Assembly (NCBI GenBank): GCA_002633005.1
Contig: NMRA01000042.1
Location: 370,838 to 434,837 of the forward strand
Direction of reading: 5' to 3'
Length of the DNA stretch: 64,000 bases
Origin: Phoronis australis
Taxonomy: Eukaryota > Animalia > Phoronida
Shown here: positions 1 through 13,600 of the stretch, piece by piece
Position numbering within the stretch: the first letter of the stretch is position 1
Layout of the letters: each line of letters begins with the position of its first letter
The notes under the pieces: model-generated
What the model saw: only the letters and a program-made list of their open reading frames with translations
Database searches by the model: none
Told to the model about the DNA's origin: nothing
Position numbers and translations under genes: made by a program

Positions 1-1688
1 AGTTAGTATGTAGTGGACACAGCAGGCAGACAACACACAGTGTGCATTTGTTAGTTGACCTACACACGTCTTCTTCCCTTTTTGTTTATATCCGACTTAA
101 CACGAGACTTGTTGTATACAAACTCGCTCAAGTACAGGAATGCATGCATTTGAGCATGTTTGTACAAAACAAGTCAACAGACAACAATGTCATGTGTTTA
201 ATCAGATTTAATGACAAGAGGGGCTGCTGTCTAACTACTCCTGTATGTCTGTGAATACAAGCAAGGCACCACGCGATCCCTTCATCCCATTAACAGTTGG
301 CCAGCCAACAATTTTGTGTCAATATTACATGGCCCAAAACTCCCTCACCATACTCAAGGCATCAATACCTTCACCTGGACACGTTTTAACACATGCAGAA
401 CTGCACTTGAAAGTTAAAATGCACTCTATAGAGAATTCACCAAATTAAGTTTTTTTGCAAAGCAAGAAATGTGAACTGAAGACTGATCCTGAGTTAAGTA
501 ATGAAATCCAAGGGCTTGGTCAAACCATAAATGTTTCCCCAAGATCCTAAAGCAAATACAGTGGCGTCACCAACACCGTAAGTTTTCTGACTGCCACATG
601 GGTGCTAGTACCTGTCCTAAACCATAGCCAACTAGACAGAAATGTGCACAAGGAAGAATATTGACACTGCTCACAAGCGGCCAATCTGTAGATGACCAAC
701 ATTCTCATCCCACCACGCCGCTGCCAAAGTTTGCTCTTGTCAAGGTGAAGAGTAAACTGTCTCAAGTTGAAACAATTGTTGTGTAAATGCTTTCTTTCAT
801 ATGAGCTCTCAGTGTAACACAGCAATGTCCTCAAAGTTTTTTTTAGACTGAATTCACAGAAAATGACCAAGCAGTATACAGCCCAACATGTCAGGCATAT
901 TGGATAGATATTTGTTTAATCAGTATTACAAAGCATTTTCAACTTATTAGTTGCAAGTTTAGTCTGATGGACTGATGTGCAGGGCAAAACCCTCAGTAAA
1001 TTCAGATCAAAATTTTTGTTTGGTAATACATGCACAATCAGACCAATCAACTCTTCCTCTTCACAAAGTCCAACCAAATTTTCTGAGAAATAAACAGTTC
1101 AGTATTTGTTCTATTCTTGTCACAATCAGACTTTGAAAAGACGCTAAACAAACTCAGCCCGCAGCCAAATCCCTGCTTTACTAGTTGTTGACCAAGCTGG
1201 CATTCAATCACTAACCAAAAGCTGACAATACCAAACAAGCAACATACGAGTGCAGTCAAAGTAACTATAGTGCGACAAAGCAATCAACAACCCGCCAGAT
1301 ATCAATGTTACCATACAGCACAAAACACATGGAGCACAACAAAGCCAATGAACTGATAGTAAAAGCATCAGCCATTTCTAACCTGATGCAATCAAAACAA
1401 AAACTAATATAGTTGTACGAAAACAACGATCAAATCTGAGAACAACAAGAAAACTAAAACCAAGAAATGCTGAACGAATCCTGTAGTCAAATTTAGTCAA
1501 ATTGAAAGCAAACTTAAAACATTATCATAAAAGCTTAGGGATGAACAGCTAATTAATTTACCGTTGGATAAGGATAAAGTGGATGGCACAATTAAGCCAC
1601 TGATCAGTTGCTGGGTAGTCGATATAAATCATGTTCACGTGCACTATATAAACCAAATGCATACATACTCGCCCATGACACTCCATAC

Positions 1689-4600
1689 CTGAGTCCTCTA
1701 CCTCGCCCTTATTAATGTTGCCAGGCGACCATGACGGCACATCCTCATCACTGCCAAGGTTAGCCAACATCGCCTGTAGCTGCGTTCTGTTTGGTCCTAT
1801 AATCATCATTAATACATAATTAAATGTGCACCACTGTCATACAAACATTGACAAAACATTCAAAGTAAAAATAAATGACTATTTCTGATCTTTGATACTT
1901 CTAATTATCAGTCGACTTGCCTTTTCCTTACATGTTGTTAAACAGACCTGTGTACCACCAAAACTGCATTGGAGAACTCTGAACACCAGATTTGCAGATT
2001 TTTCAGTAAATTTGCAGATTTTCACGTACAGACCAAATTCCCCCTAAAATATAGGGGGGCGGTTATGGATTTTCTGCAGTGGACCTTTCACTACCTAAAA
2101 AAAACGGGTTTGCTCAGCGTTAAATGCTTTCGCCGAATTCTTGCCTCTTTAGTGGACTTTTCTCTGTTTTCACGGACTTTTGGTTTCTCTCGGTACCTTT
2201 TTGCCCTCTTTGCCAAATGGGGGACTCATTCAAGCCCCCCTTGGTATGCGCACGGGTACTTTTCCTACTCACTTGCCTCCACCAATTTCAGAATAATTTA
2301 AGTTGCTTAGTTGAGGAACAACGCGCCTAGTGAAAAGATCCTGTTAATCAATAGAAAATGTCCTTACTGAACTTATGTTAATACATGCCTAATGAACACC
2401 TCATTTCTTAACACAAAATCATATCTGCAAAAATGTGTTGATGAATCTGAACTGGACAATGTTTTGCATCAGATGATATTTTCTTAACCATTCACAAGTT
2501 TTGAATAATTATTCATAGCAAGTGTCTGTGAACACGTACTACCGTACTGCATGCAAAAAGAACTTGAGGCTCGTGTATTATCGTCAGCACAACATGCTAT
2601 GAACTCAGTGCAGTCACCTTGTCCGCAAAAAACAACACGCTACACAACTTGCAGTATGTATTCCACGGTCCCTTGAATAAGACATTGTCATTCTTTGGAA
2701 TAACGTAGCAATAACAGAACCTACTTCCTTCACAGCTCGGAATATGCGACCACTCATGCTTTGCCATTTTGTCAACAGTAAATATTTAGCCGTAAATAGC
2801 GGGAATTAGACGAAGTAAGCAATCCACAAATCACAGAAGTCGTTGCTTATAGGTTAGGCCTGTGACACACATATCGATAGAAGAGGCCTCGCGATTTGCC
2901 GATTATCAGGCTATTTCGAGTTTGTAGCTCAACTTTTTGGCGTATTTTTGCCTGGCCGTGCGTATTGATTGAGAAACAAGCGAATTAACAATCTCTTTTG
3001 AATTTGCTGAATTTGCGTATTTTTGCCTGGCCGTGCGTACTTGTGTACTGGAGGCTCGTTTACCGTACGAATCCGCATTTTTTACGTATGGTACACAGGT
3101 CTGTGTTAAATCATAAATTCTCTTATAACACCAATAATCTCTTCAAAATTATTCTTCAATACTATGAATGAACAAAAAGTATCTTAAAACTGCTGCATGT
3201 ACTATCCAAACTTTGCCACAAAATCAGCCAAGTGCGTACGTTGCAGTGGTTTCTTGCCCTTGCGCTCTTTTTTATATTGCTCCTTCAACTTGGAGATAAG
3301 CTGCTGATCCACGCTCCAACCTTCACTGGTCGATAACTCTTTCTTGTCTGGAAGCACGTTCACATTCAGTACATCACATACAGTAACACGGAAGAGAGGG
3401 GTCAATGGCAAATACACCTACCAAAGTACATGTCGTCTGTCTTCCACTTATTTAACCTTAGCAATGCAGTAAAAGGAGTCAAATGTACAGACAGAATGAT
3501 CCCAGATTACTTACTATGATGACAGAGCATGAAAAGAGTTCATCAGTGTAGTAGCATGACTGAGAACATTGAGGAATTTACCAAACACAACAATTACCAA
3601 CTTCTAAACTTGTCATTTTTATATTTAATTAATAAAGCACAAAAGTCTTCACAGATTCTTCTATTGATTCTCATTAAAGCAGCGAGTTTCAAATAACCGT
3701 GAATCATGAGCTTGCGCAAATTTCTTTTCGTACAAATGAAAAACTGCCAGATGGTCCAAAGAGATCTTGATACAAGAAGCTTGTACTAGCTTATTATTCA
3801 CAGACTCTACAATAGTAAATATGTATCAGTTGTAGATAGCTATGAACTAATGTTCATTTTCATGGACATATCATTTACTCAACGCAAGACTAACATAATA
3901 ACACTTCAAAGATGGTTTTATTAAGTGGTCCAGCAGGGTTAGAACTTAAATTGTACTCTTGCAAGTATAATTGTGCCTCTGCCTTTTGAAATTTGAAGCA
4001 AAATCAGCCTTAATTTATCAAAGTTTCAAAAAACAAACATACAGCTCTAAAAACACTTATTGGAGCCATGTTTGTGCTTTATATTAATTGTTGTGTTCCA
4101 AAATGTCAACATCACAAAATCTTTACTAAATTCAAACCCTGCATAGCATAAGGAAGATATCATACTTAATGAACAGAAGTTGAAATGTAATGTTTCAACA
4201 TAACCTACTTGGTTCAGGCCTCCATTTAATGTGACAAACCAAGCTGCCACAGACGAAATCGAGTGAAACAAAGGAGACAGCGAAAAGAGCGGTGGTGGTG
4301 TTTAAACACAATGGAGAGGGAAGGACAGCATCAACACAGTGCGTGAACGTTAGGTGGAGGAAATGGTGAAATATTATCAACCGTTAGAAAGGGAGTGGTG
4401 CTGCCACACTGTGTTAACTGGGCTAAACACAACACCAACACACACACACACCCTTCACCACACTACACGGGTCTAGCACAGGCACTTAGATCAAGGGAGC
4501 GTGAAACGGAGGGTTTAAACTGGCAACCACATGCTTTAACATCTTCACTTCTTGCCCTGGTATTTTAAAAACAACATCAGACTATGCATAACCCATTTTA

Positions 4601-7600
4601 TTTGTGGTGTTTAATTTGCACAGAATAAAAATTATTCCGGCTTTGCGCGATGCATCACAAAACCAAAAGCACGACAGTTAAGTTGAATGAAAGCAACAAG
4701 TAGACAGTGAATTTTGTTTCAGTTGAACAGTCTGAAAATCTGCAGTTACCAGTTTAAAAACCACTTTTGAATAATGAAGAACCAAATGAAGATTAATACA
4801 ACACAGCTAGCTATGTCAAATCACATTAGTGAATATTCACTATGATTTCACATGACTGACATCACTGTTTTATGTAATCTCCTAACCCCTTCTACCCACC
4901 ACATCCACGTGTATAGTTAGTTGCACCATCAAATAGCAGGTGGACCCAGCCTTTCCATTACAACCAAACACTAATATTTTCTGAGATATGACACAGCTCT
5001 TTTGATAGTAGTGCTCAGGGACAGACAACAAAGATAAGCGGCCAGAGAAAATGACCCAATTTATCGCCTTCACCCGTGTAGTGTAGATTAGTGCTCCCTG
5101 TCTCCTACTCACCCCACTCGGTTCCGTCGCCGTGACTACGTGCCTCACCTGCACCCTCGCCGCTCTCTGACACCAGAAAATCAAACTCGGCCAGTGCTTC
5201 CTCTGTGTCGGCATCAGCCAGCACTTCCTCCATGCCAGCCATGCTCTCATTGGCTGTCTGAAATGACATCATGGCCAACAAACTGATTTGAAGAAGAATC
5301 TACAAGTTTGACATCTGCATTAGAAATGCTTCAACTGATCAACTACAACAAAAACTGGTCGAACACTTATCAATCATTGGTCAAACACACGACATTGGCT
5401 TGATAGATGCTTTCACTGGCCATTAGGACATTGTCTGTAAGTTTCTACCTTCCTTCGACGCTCCAAGTCTTCATCATCTACTCCCATATCATCTTCATCA
5501 CTGTCATCATCATCATCATCCACGACAGTTTCTGCACCCAAGAAGTCGAATGTCGCCAGAACCGAAGCTTCGCTGTCCATAAGAGCCCCCTCCGCCAGAG
5601 AACTTGGTATCTTTTTGCCAGAATTTCTGTAAGTAATGTGGAGTTAAGTACTAAAACGTCACACAAGGAATACATTTTGTCGGATAATAAGAGAATGGAC
5701 ACCCTATTCAAACTTGTTCCAGCAAAAATAAAAACAAAAACTTAACCAGCTCACCTCCTAACTTGGGTATCCATTCGGTTCTTGCCTCCGTCGCCATTAA
5801 CTAATGGCAAGGGTTCAGCCTCGTTTTCATTATCGTTGGGTTGCAGTCCCAGTAAGGAGCGCACACGAGTTGACCTCACATCCAACATGGCGTCGGTATA
5901 TCCAATTTCTTGTAAATATCTGTCAAGTCAAAATCAACATTCATAAGCTCCATGCGTGGAAGATGGTGCCTCAGACAATTTCAGACATTTATAATCAGGA
6001 AAGGCATAGCAGTATATGTTGATTACTTCACATGATGTCCAACATTTTAATGGTACCAGCACAAATTAGGTATCCTACAAACGTTACACATTTCATTTTC
6101 TTACATCAATAATACATGTATGAAATTCGACTGTTCAAATAAACCTTTTATGCCACTAGTTTCAGAAAAACATTGCTCAGTGCTGGTAAATTCCAAGTAA
6201 CATATGGGCTAAGGCCTTAAGTTCGGTGACATAAAGTAGTTGATTCAGTAGATGGATGTCAAAATTACAGAGTATCCAAATAGATGACCTAGACACCCCA
6301 ATAGAACCCAGGTGTGAAAAGTACTGAGAGAGACTGGTAGGATTAATCACAACTGGTACGTACTGCCGAAGAAGCTGCCTGCCCTGGCGCCATCTAGTGT
6401 TACTGTTAGCAGTCATTGCCTCGCGTTCAGCGTCATCTTCTACAAAAAAAGAACAAGAAAGCTTACCACATGTAGAATCATGCATGTAATATATGAAAAT
6501 GAGACACAGTGTTTATTTGTGTTTGGGGCGACAGGTTTCTGAGTGGGGTGAAATATTCCCTTCATTAAAAAATCCCACTCAAAAGGCACAGTCACCTTTA
6601 CCCTCAGGTGAGCAAGGGCCCCTCGACTCAATAAATATTCTAGTCTGTTAATGAGAGGGTTTCAGACAAGAAAGGGAAAGCAACCATTTTTATGTCATTT
6701 TAGGTTGAGTTACGATTTTCTGGATATCCTAGATAAGTTTTCAAGATAATTAAATTAATTATGCACATTTCACTTTGAACGTTAGTAGCCTGAATCATTC
6801 CCCGACAGCTTTGTTCGTGTGACAATTCTTTGTAGACATCTGTTGAGTGTATAGTTTTAAAAAATTGTACTTATTTGCTTTCGATGAGTATTCTTGGCAA
6901 TCCTATATTGAACTAGCACTCAGTTGAGTGCGACTTCACCATTGTTTGATCCACAGTGAGCGGGAAATGCCTGGAGTCGACGACACAAAAACACAAATCA
7001 CATAGATGGTGAAACCATGCTGGCTACTAGATGTCTAAGATGCTGTGGTGACTGTTCAGTACAGGTGACACCAACTTTGTGGCCTCGAGTCACTACAGAG
7101 GCAGCGGGTAGTGATCAACTAGGAAGTGAGACATCATTCATTGGAACATGTTTAGCACGTACTTTCACAACCTCTGCATACAAGACCCTTTCATAATGTG
7201 ACGTTAAGAAATGCTTGCCTCACACAGGATAGTTTTGCACAGGGAACATTGGACTCTTGACATGAACAAACCAACTGTGACAGGGAACATTGGACTCTTG
7301 ACATGAACAAGCCAACTGTGACAGGAAATTAACCTAGGATAGTCAGAAAAAAGTAATTCAACTAGACAATGACACTCGAAATGGTTGCTTTTCCCATTAA
7401 CCCTTTATTTTGCCTACAATCACTTCACAAAAATAACCCGAAACTTTCAGCAAGCAGCTGGGGATAGGGTCAAATATTTTAAAAATAGATATCTGACTCC
7501 TAGAAAAATCCGGAAACAGGGTCCAGCACGTAGCTCTGTACTTAAAATCCAGTATCACAGGTGTCAATCATGCTCAACTTAAAGATGAGATGACCCAAAT

Positions 7601-10600
7601 TTGCACAATACATTATCTACCATAGATATGGCATCTCCACTGATTGGAATGTTTGATATGACTAACTGCACCAGGGCAGGAATGTACACAATGAAAAACA
7701 AGACATACAAGCACCACAGACCATCATTACACAAGCCAGTTGTCATTTCTCATCCATACACACACACCCACTGTGTAAAATAGGTCTTAAATAAACTAAC
7801 AACTCCAGTAAGCACAACTGAAGGTAAGACAAAATCTAAAGGAGGCCATACTGCATGTCACTTACAAAGTGGTATACCAGTGGAATGATGAAACAAGAGC
7901 AGTGCAGAATGTTCATATGTGCCCACTGTGTGCATCCCAAATGCTAATAGCAAAAGGGGTGCTAGATTTTTCAAATATTTCCGTGTAACAGAACATATTG
8001 AGGTTGATGCAATGACAATATATAATTGGGGGTGTCACAGCTAACAAATTCTGTCCAAAAATCCTAAATAGAAAACACATTGCAAATTTCATGAAGATCA
8101 ATCCAAGATCTTGTTAGATGAAAAGACAAAAACCCAAATTGCCACAAGGGCAAGAAGTCAAATCTGCTAAAAACCAACACCAGCCATGCTCTCCTTCATA
8201 GGAACACATGACTACCTCATGAAGACCCATCACGTAACTATTTTGATATAGTGCCATGCAAAAACAAGAGCAATGCGTAGCCTTGAAATACGCCCACGAA
8301 TGCACCGCAAATGGTGTGGTTCTAGGATTGTTTATATGTATCATAAAAATGGCCACTCAATGGCGCAAATCCATCTGAAAATGGGAACATGCCATCGTTT
8401 CTTTAATGGAAAGCTATTTACCAAATTTCATAAAAATCTTTCAAGGAACTTCAGAGAAACAAAGGAAAACGGAAAAATATGAAATTGCCACTAGGGGACA
8501 AAGCATTCGTCAGATCCGTCTTAAAGTCGTCGTCTGTTAACTTCATATATACATTTACTAAATTTAATAAAGATCCTACAGTAGGTTTAGGAGATACAGC
8601 TACGGGTACAAAACAAAATAAAACTGACACTAGGAGGTGCCACAGTAGTCAAAGTCGTCACCGTCAATCATCCTCTTCATACTGAGAACACATACGCCAA
8701 TTTTCGAAAACATCCTTAGAATGGTTTGGTTGATGGAGAGGTGGACGTCAAAAACCGACTTGAAAAACAAAAATGGCCACAAAATACCTTAAATCTATCC
8801 GAAAATGGGAGGATAGCGTCATCTCATTAATAGATGTTTATACTTCGAATTTTATAAAAATCCATAGAGGACCTCTGAAGATACAGAAGTAAATGTTAGA
8901 AACTAAAATTGCCACTAGGGGGCACACCGGTAGTCAAATCCACCTGAAAGTCGTCGTCATGGTCAACTTTATATAAATACCTACCTAAATTTAGTAAAGA
9001 TCCTGCGAAGGGTTTAGGAGATACAGTCATGGTCCGCCTCTTCATAGTAAGAACATACACGCCAATTTTCACAATCATCCTTAGAACGGTTTGGTTGATA
9101 GAGGGGCAGACGCCAAATAACTCGAAAACTGTAAAAATGGTCAGTACGTGGCGCCAAAATACCTTGAATGCACCCGAAAACGAGAGGATAGCGTCATCTC
9201 ACTAATAGATGCCTATCTGCCATATTTCATGAAAATCCGTGGAAGACCTTTTAAGATACAGAGGTAAACGTAAAAAACTAAAATTGCCACTAGGGGGCAC
9301 ACTGGTGATTGGATCCATCCGAAAGTTCGCTCATGCCGTCCCATCCATAAAACGAAAACATGTGCAAAATTTCATGAACACACGTCGAAGGGTTTTGGAG
9401 ATAAAGCAGCAGATGCCAGATGGACACTGGACGGACGGACGGAGATGACGGCATAATGCGTCCACATATAAATATGTGAGCACATAAATATAAAGTGTGA
9501 CAACAAGGCAGCATTGTAGCCAGAGCTGTTCCGAAATCAACGGCAGCCATGGTCTCATCAGAGTTCACAAAGATGCATCAAAGAACTCGATAAGTTTTGA
9601 GACAAACAAAATGTCACAAGGGGTCATAGTGGCAGCTGGATCTATGTGAAAGTCAGTGCATCTGTCAAATTTCATTAAGAGCCTGCAAAGGGTTTTATGA
9701 GATACAGCAGCAGACAATGTGTAGCTGTATGGAGATGACGGTAACATAAAACCACATACGTATCGGTGGGCGCATAAAAATCAGGACATTAAATTTGAAA
9801 CTATGATCGCCTCATATTTACGATGTGCATTATTGAGCTAGACATTAGCTCATTTTTCATAACACTTTATTACTGATGGCATGACAGTCTAAAGCAGCTG
9901 TTGAATAAAACTCAGGCCAACCTTTCTTCAAATAAGCCTTTTTGGTGGAATAGATTGCAAGAGTAATGAGACTAGGAGGAAAAATAAAAAAAAATAACTG
10001 ACAAACAACGATGTCTTCAAAACCAGAAAATTTTAGTTGTTGATTTAACGGAAAACACGGACTCTTCAAGCTCTTCTATGTTAGTGTAGACAGTAAATGT
10101 ATCATGTGGACTAAGAATGAATTGCATACCTTCCTCTTTTGATCTTTCAAACTGTGGTTTCTGGTCTTGGTTCAAGTCTGTTCCAAACTTCAGTTTGTGG
10201 TACTTAGCCCTATAAAACAGAACAAGAGTTTTACAAGTTATTCACCTATTTAAATTTAGAACACAAAGTATCGAACAAAAGGAACTTTGCTAAATCTGCA
10301 GTACAGTTGTCACATACCAACCTTTGGTGAGTCAACAAAATTGAAAGAGTAAGTTAATCAGCCTTTCAAAAACGAAATCAACAATTTTGTCATTGACAGT
10401 AGTCACTTACAGGGTTCCAATTTCAAGTGAAGCCTATATTAAAGCAAACCTACCTCTCTTGTTTTAGAGCAAATTCTAACATCTTTATCCTCCTGACCAA
10501 ATCTTGCTTCAAATTTTCCTGCCCTTTGCGCTCCCCTTGTAGAAATGCAATGCGTGCCTGGAACATGAAAACACATGCTAGTGCATATTTTCACAAGGAA

Positions 10601-13600
10601 ACAGTAAATTGCACATGAACACCAAGAGAATATTTCTGCGATAGATTTGCCAACATGGCACTTACCTCATGGTGAACACTACACAAGCATACTTTCAAGA
10701 TTCTGGTAAAAATTTAGCTGTATGATAGGCACATGAAAGATACCTGCCAAGCAATCTGCCTCCTATGACAATATTCAACATGTGCAGTAAGTAAGTATGA
10801 CCACAGCCACGGAATTCCCTTTCGCATTATATCCAGGTTCTCATTACCTCCCTTGCATGCATTCACTAGCAAGCATTCACTAAATCAGACCGAGCTCAGA
10901 GGAGTAGGATACACCTTTGTGCAATGCTGGATTGTCAGCCAATAAAGCCAGGATTTGAACTCGGGTTTCCCAAACTGGAGTCCAGAGCTCAAACCACTGA
11001 GAAAAACTGTCTCCTCATGTACAGTAATAGCCAGCCATGGTAGGTACAGTAATAGCCAGCCAAGGTAGGTACATGTACGTACAAAGTTGGCAATTTAATC
11101 AAAGCTCACTTTTCAGTCCACTTTAACTCAACTTTACATAAAAATGTAGGATGCCCAACTTTGCGTGTTTTTGCAACTCCTACATTCCAATGACACCTAC
11201 TTTGCTGTTATAACTATTAAAAACACAATTTGATTAATGTCATTTTCATACAACACTAACTTGTTTTTGTAACAAAGCAAAAGTTGCCTAAAATTTCTAT
11301 ATGATGGTACAATAAAATAATGAAAACTACTACAAAGTGAAATCACTTATGGTTAATTTTTATGAATTGAGCACACACATTTGTGAAAAAGGAACAGTGG
11401 ATAGAACAACTGGTGAAAACATAAATTGCTGGCCAACAGATGACGCTCTATTTCGTGGCGCTCAAAGTTGACACAAATGACAGGTCCAGAAATTTTAGCA
11501 AAATAACAAACTAACATCATTCTTTTCGCACCAGTCATGTTAACTCAAGGTAGAGTGCAAATTTTAATGAGATTAACTTTGTGTCGCATTATATTTTGCT
11601 CACTTTGTACCCAGATTGATCACTTCAGCTTTGCACCAAGACCTGCGCAGAACATGGCAAAAGTAACCAGACAATATGGCCTGGATTTCACCATCAAAGT
11701 AGCTAGAATGGACCATCACAATAGGGAAACGGCAAATCTGGCTACTTTTGACATGCACTCTAGCTCCAAACTGCAGCAGACATAAAAACACCTTAAGCTC
11801 CTTAAACTTGCATTTTGCCTTGTTTAGATGGGTAAAACTAATATCAAATTTGACCTATAACTATCATAAAATCGGTCTCATTCATTCCTTGTAGTGACAA
11901 CATTCAATTTTTTGTTACCAAATCAAGCCAAAGGCAATGAGTATTTGAACCATCATTTAAGTCCCAATTTAAGAGTTGGTCAGTGCCAGTAAACTATGAA
12001 ACATATTTCATTAGTTGCTGATGGTTTCCATGTTCATGCTTGTAATGGAAGTAGAACCTTATCACAGGAATGGAAATATTGAGTACAAATTACTTTTGGA
12101 ACCAAACAACCGGGGATCTTTACTCAATATTTTCATCACTTAAATGGAACCCAGTAATATACATAGTCTTATCACAGGAATATTATAAATTTTATGAATA
12201 TAACATGCCTAATCTGATTTTCAATTTTTTGGCAGCTAAGCATGGTGAATGCGGCTTTAACTGCACTGCAGCTTTTAATAAAGTTGCGAACAAACTGTTT
12301 GACAACGCAACCCATGCTATAGAACCAATTCACTAGTAGCTCATATCATCAAATGAGACCCAGTCAGAAATAAAGGCATCAATTTCACGTCCATACAAGA
12401 CTTTTTATTAAGTCACTAACAAAATCAATGAATTTGTTTTTTGTATAGCTATCCAGTTCCAGCGTTCAGCAAGGCAAAGTTTCCAATATGCAGCAACCTT
12501 AGCACAATTACAAGCTATAAATAATCGGCCTATCTCACTTGACGTCATTGTTAATTGTAAGTGAGCTCAGAACAGAGTGAACACAGCCATGCTAAACAAC
12601 ACAGCTCATCCCTATCTTGCCATGCCACAACTGCAAAGGAAACACATTCTTTACATGTGTAGGTAAAAATATGATTGCATCTCTGTCTGATATCACAGCA
12701 CAAACTGAGATAAATTATGACTCTCACTGAGTGGCTAGAGTGCTTGGTGGACGCTGTTCAGTGACACCTACAGTTCAATTGCGACTTTGACAGTGACTTA
12801 AGATGGATTGCTCTGTTGAAGACACAAGATCTTTAATTATACGCCCTAACAACATCTGGATAGTTCCTAAATATTAACAATGAACAAAAGCGTGAATATA
12901 GTTCTACCAATTGAATAGAAAAGTAGCTGATTCCAACCCCCCCCCCCCGTCTCATCCTAGGTCACACCACAGCCAATCTATAGCTTCATGCAAAAAGCAA
13001 ATATCGCTATCATCGAAAGACAATGTCTTCAAAGAAAATGGACTACAGTATTTGCCCTAATATGCACCCGTGGTGCTTAGAAAAATTCGCTTCAGGAAGG
13101 GGGCACTATTATAGCCCAAAGTGGTTGAAACCCGGTCTCCGAAACAGGTGAAATCACGAGCTAGAATTCATCAAATTTACACTCTGTGATGCATCTGTAA
13201 CCTATGACAGAGTTTTTACAAAATTGCAGTGCATTGCTATCAAACTTTGTAGTTAAATTACGAGCATTTTTCAGAAAACCCCAGAGCGAAAACTCACCAA
13301 CTGATGCGTCGCTGCCTCGCGATCACCGATAGGTCAACTTGAATTCTTGAGTAAAAATATAGTTTCGACTCAACAAATTATCTGAAGTCCTTCTTTAGTT
13401 TTCAAAATAGCGTCCCTAACTAAAAAGCGTTCAAGAATTGTCTCGGTAAGACCGATATTGAGTTGCCGGGTGACTGGATGCGTGATAGTCTAACAGTTAT
13501 TTATCGAGAGATTCGGGGGTTGTAAGGGTGCGGAAGTGTTCACTATCAGTGGGTCATTTTGATTTTAAAAACACCAATTACAATTAATTTAACAATTCCT

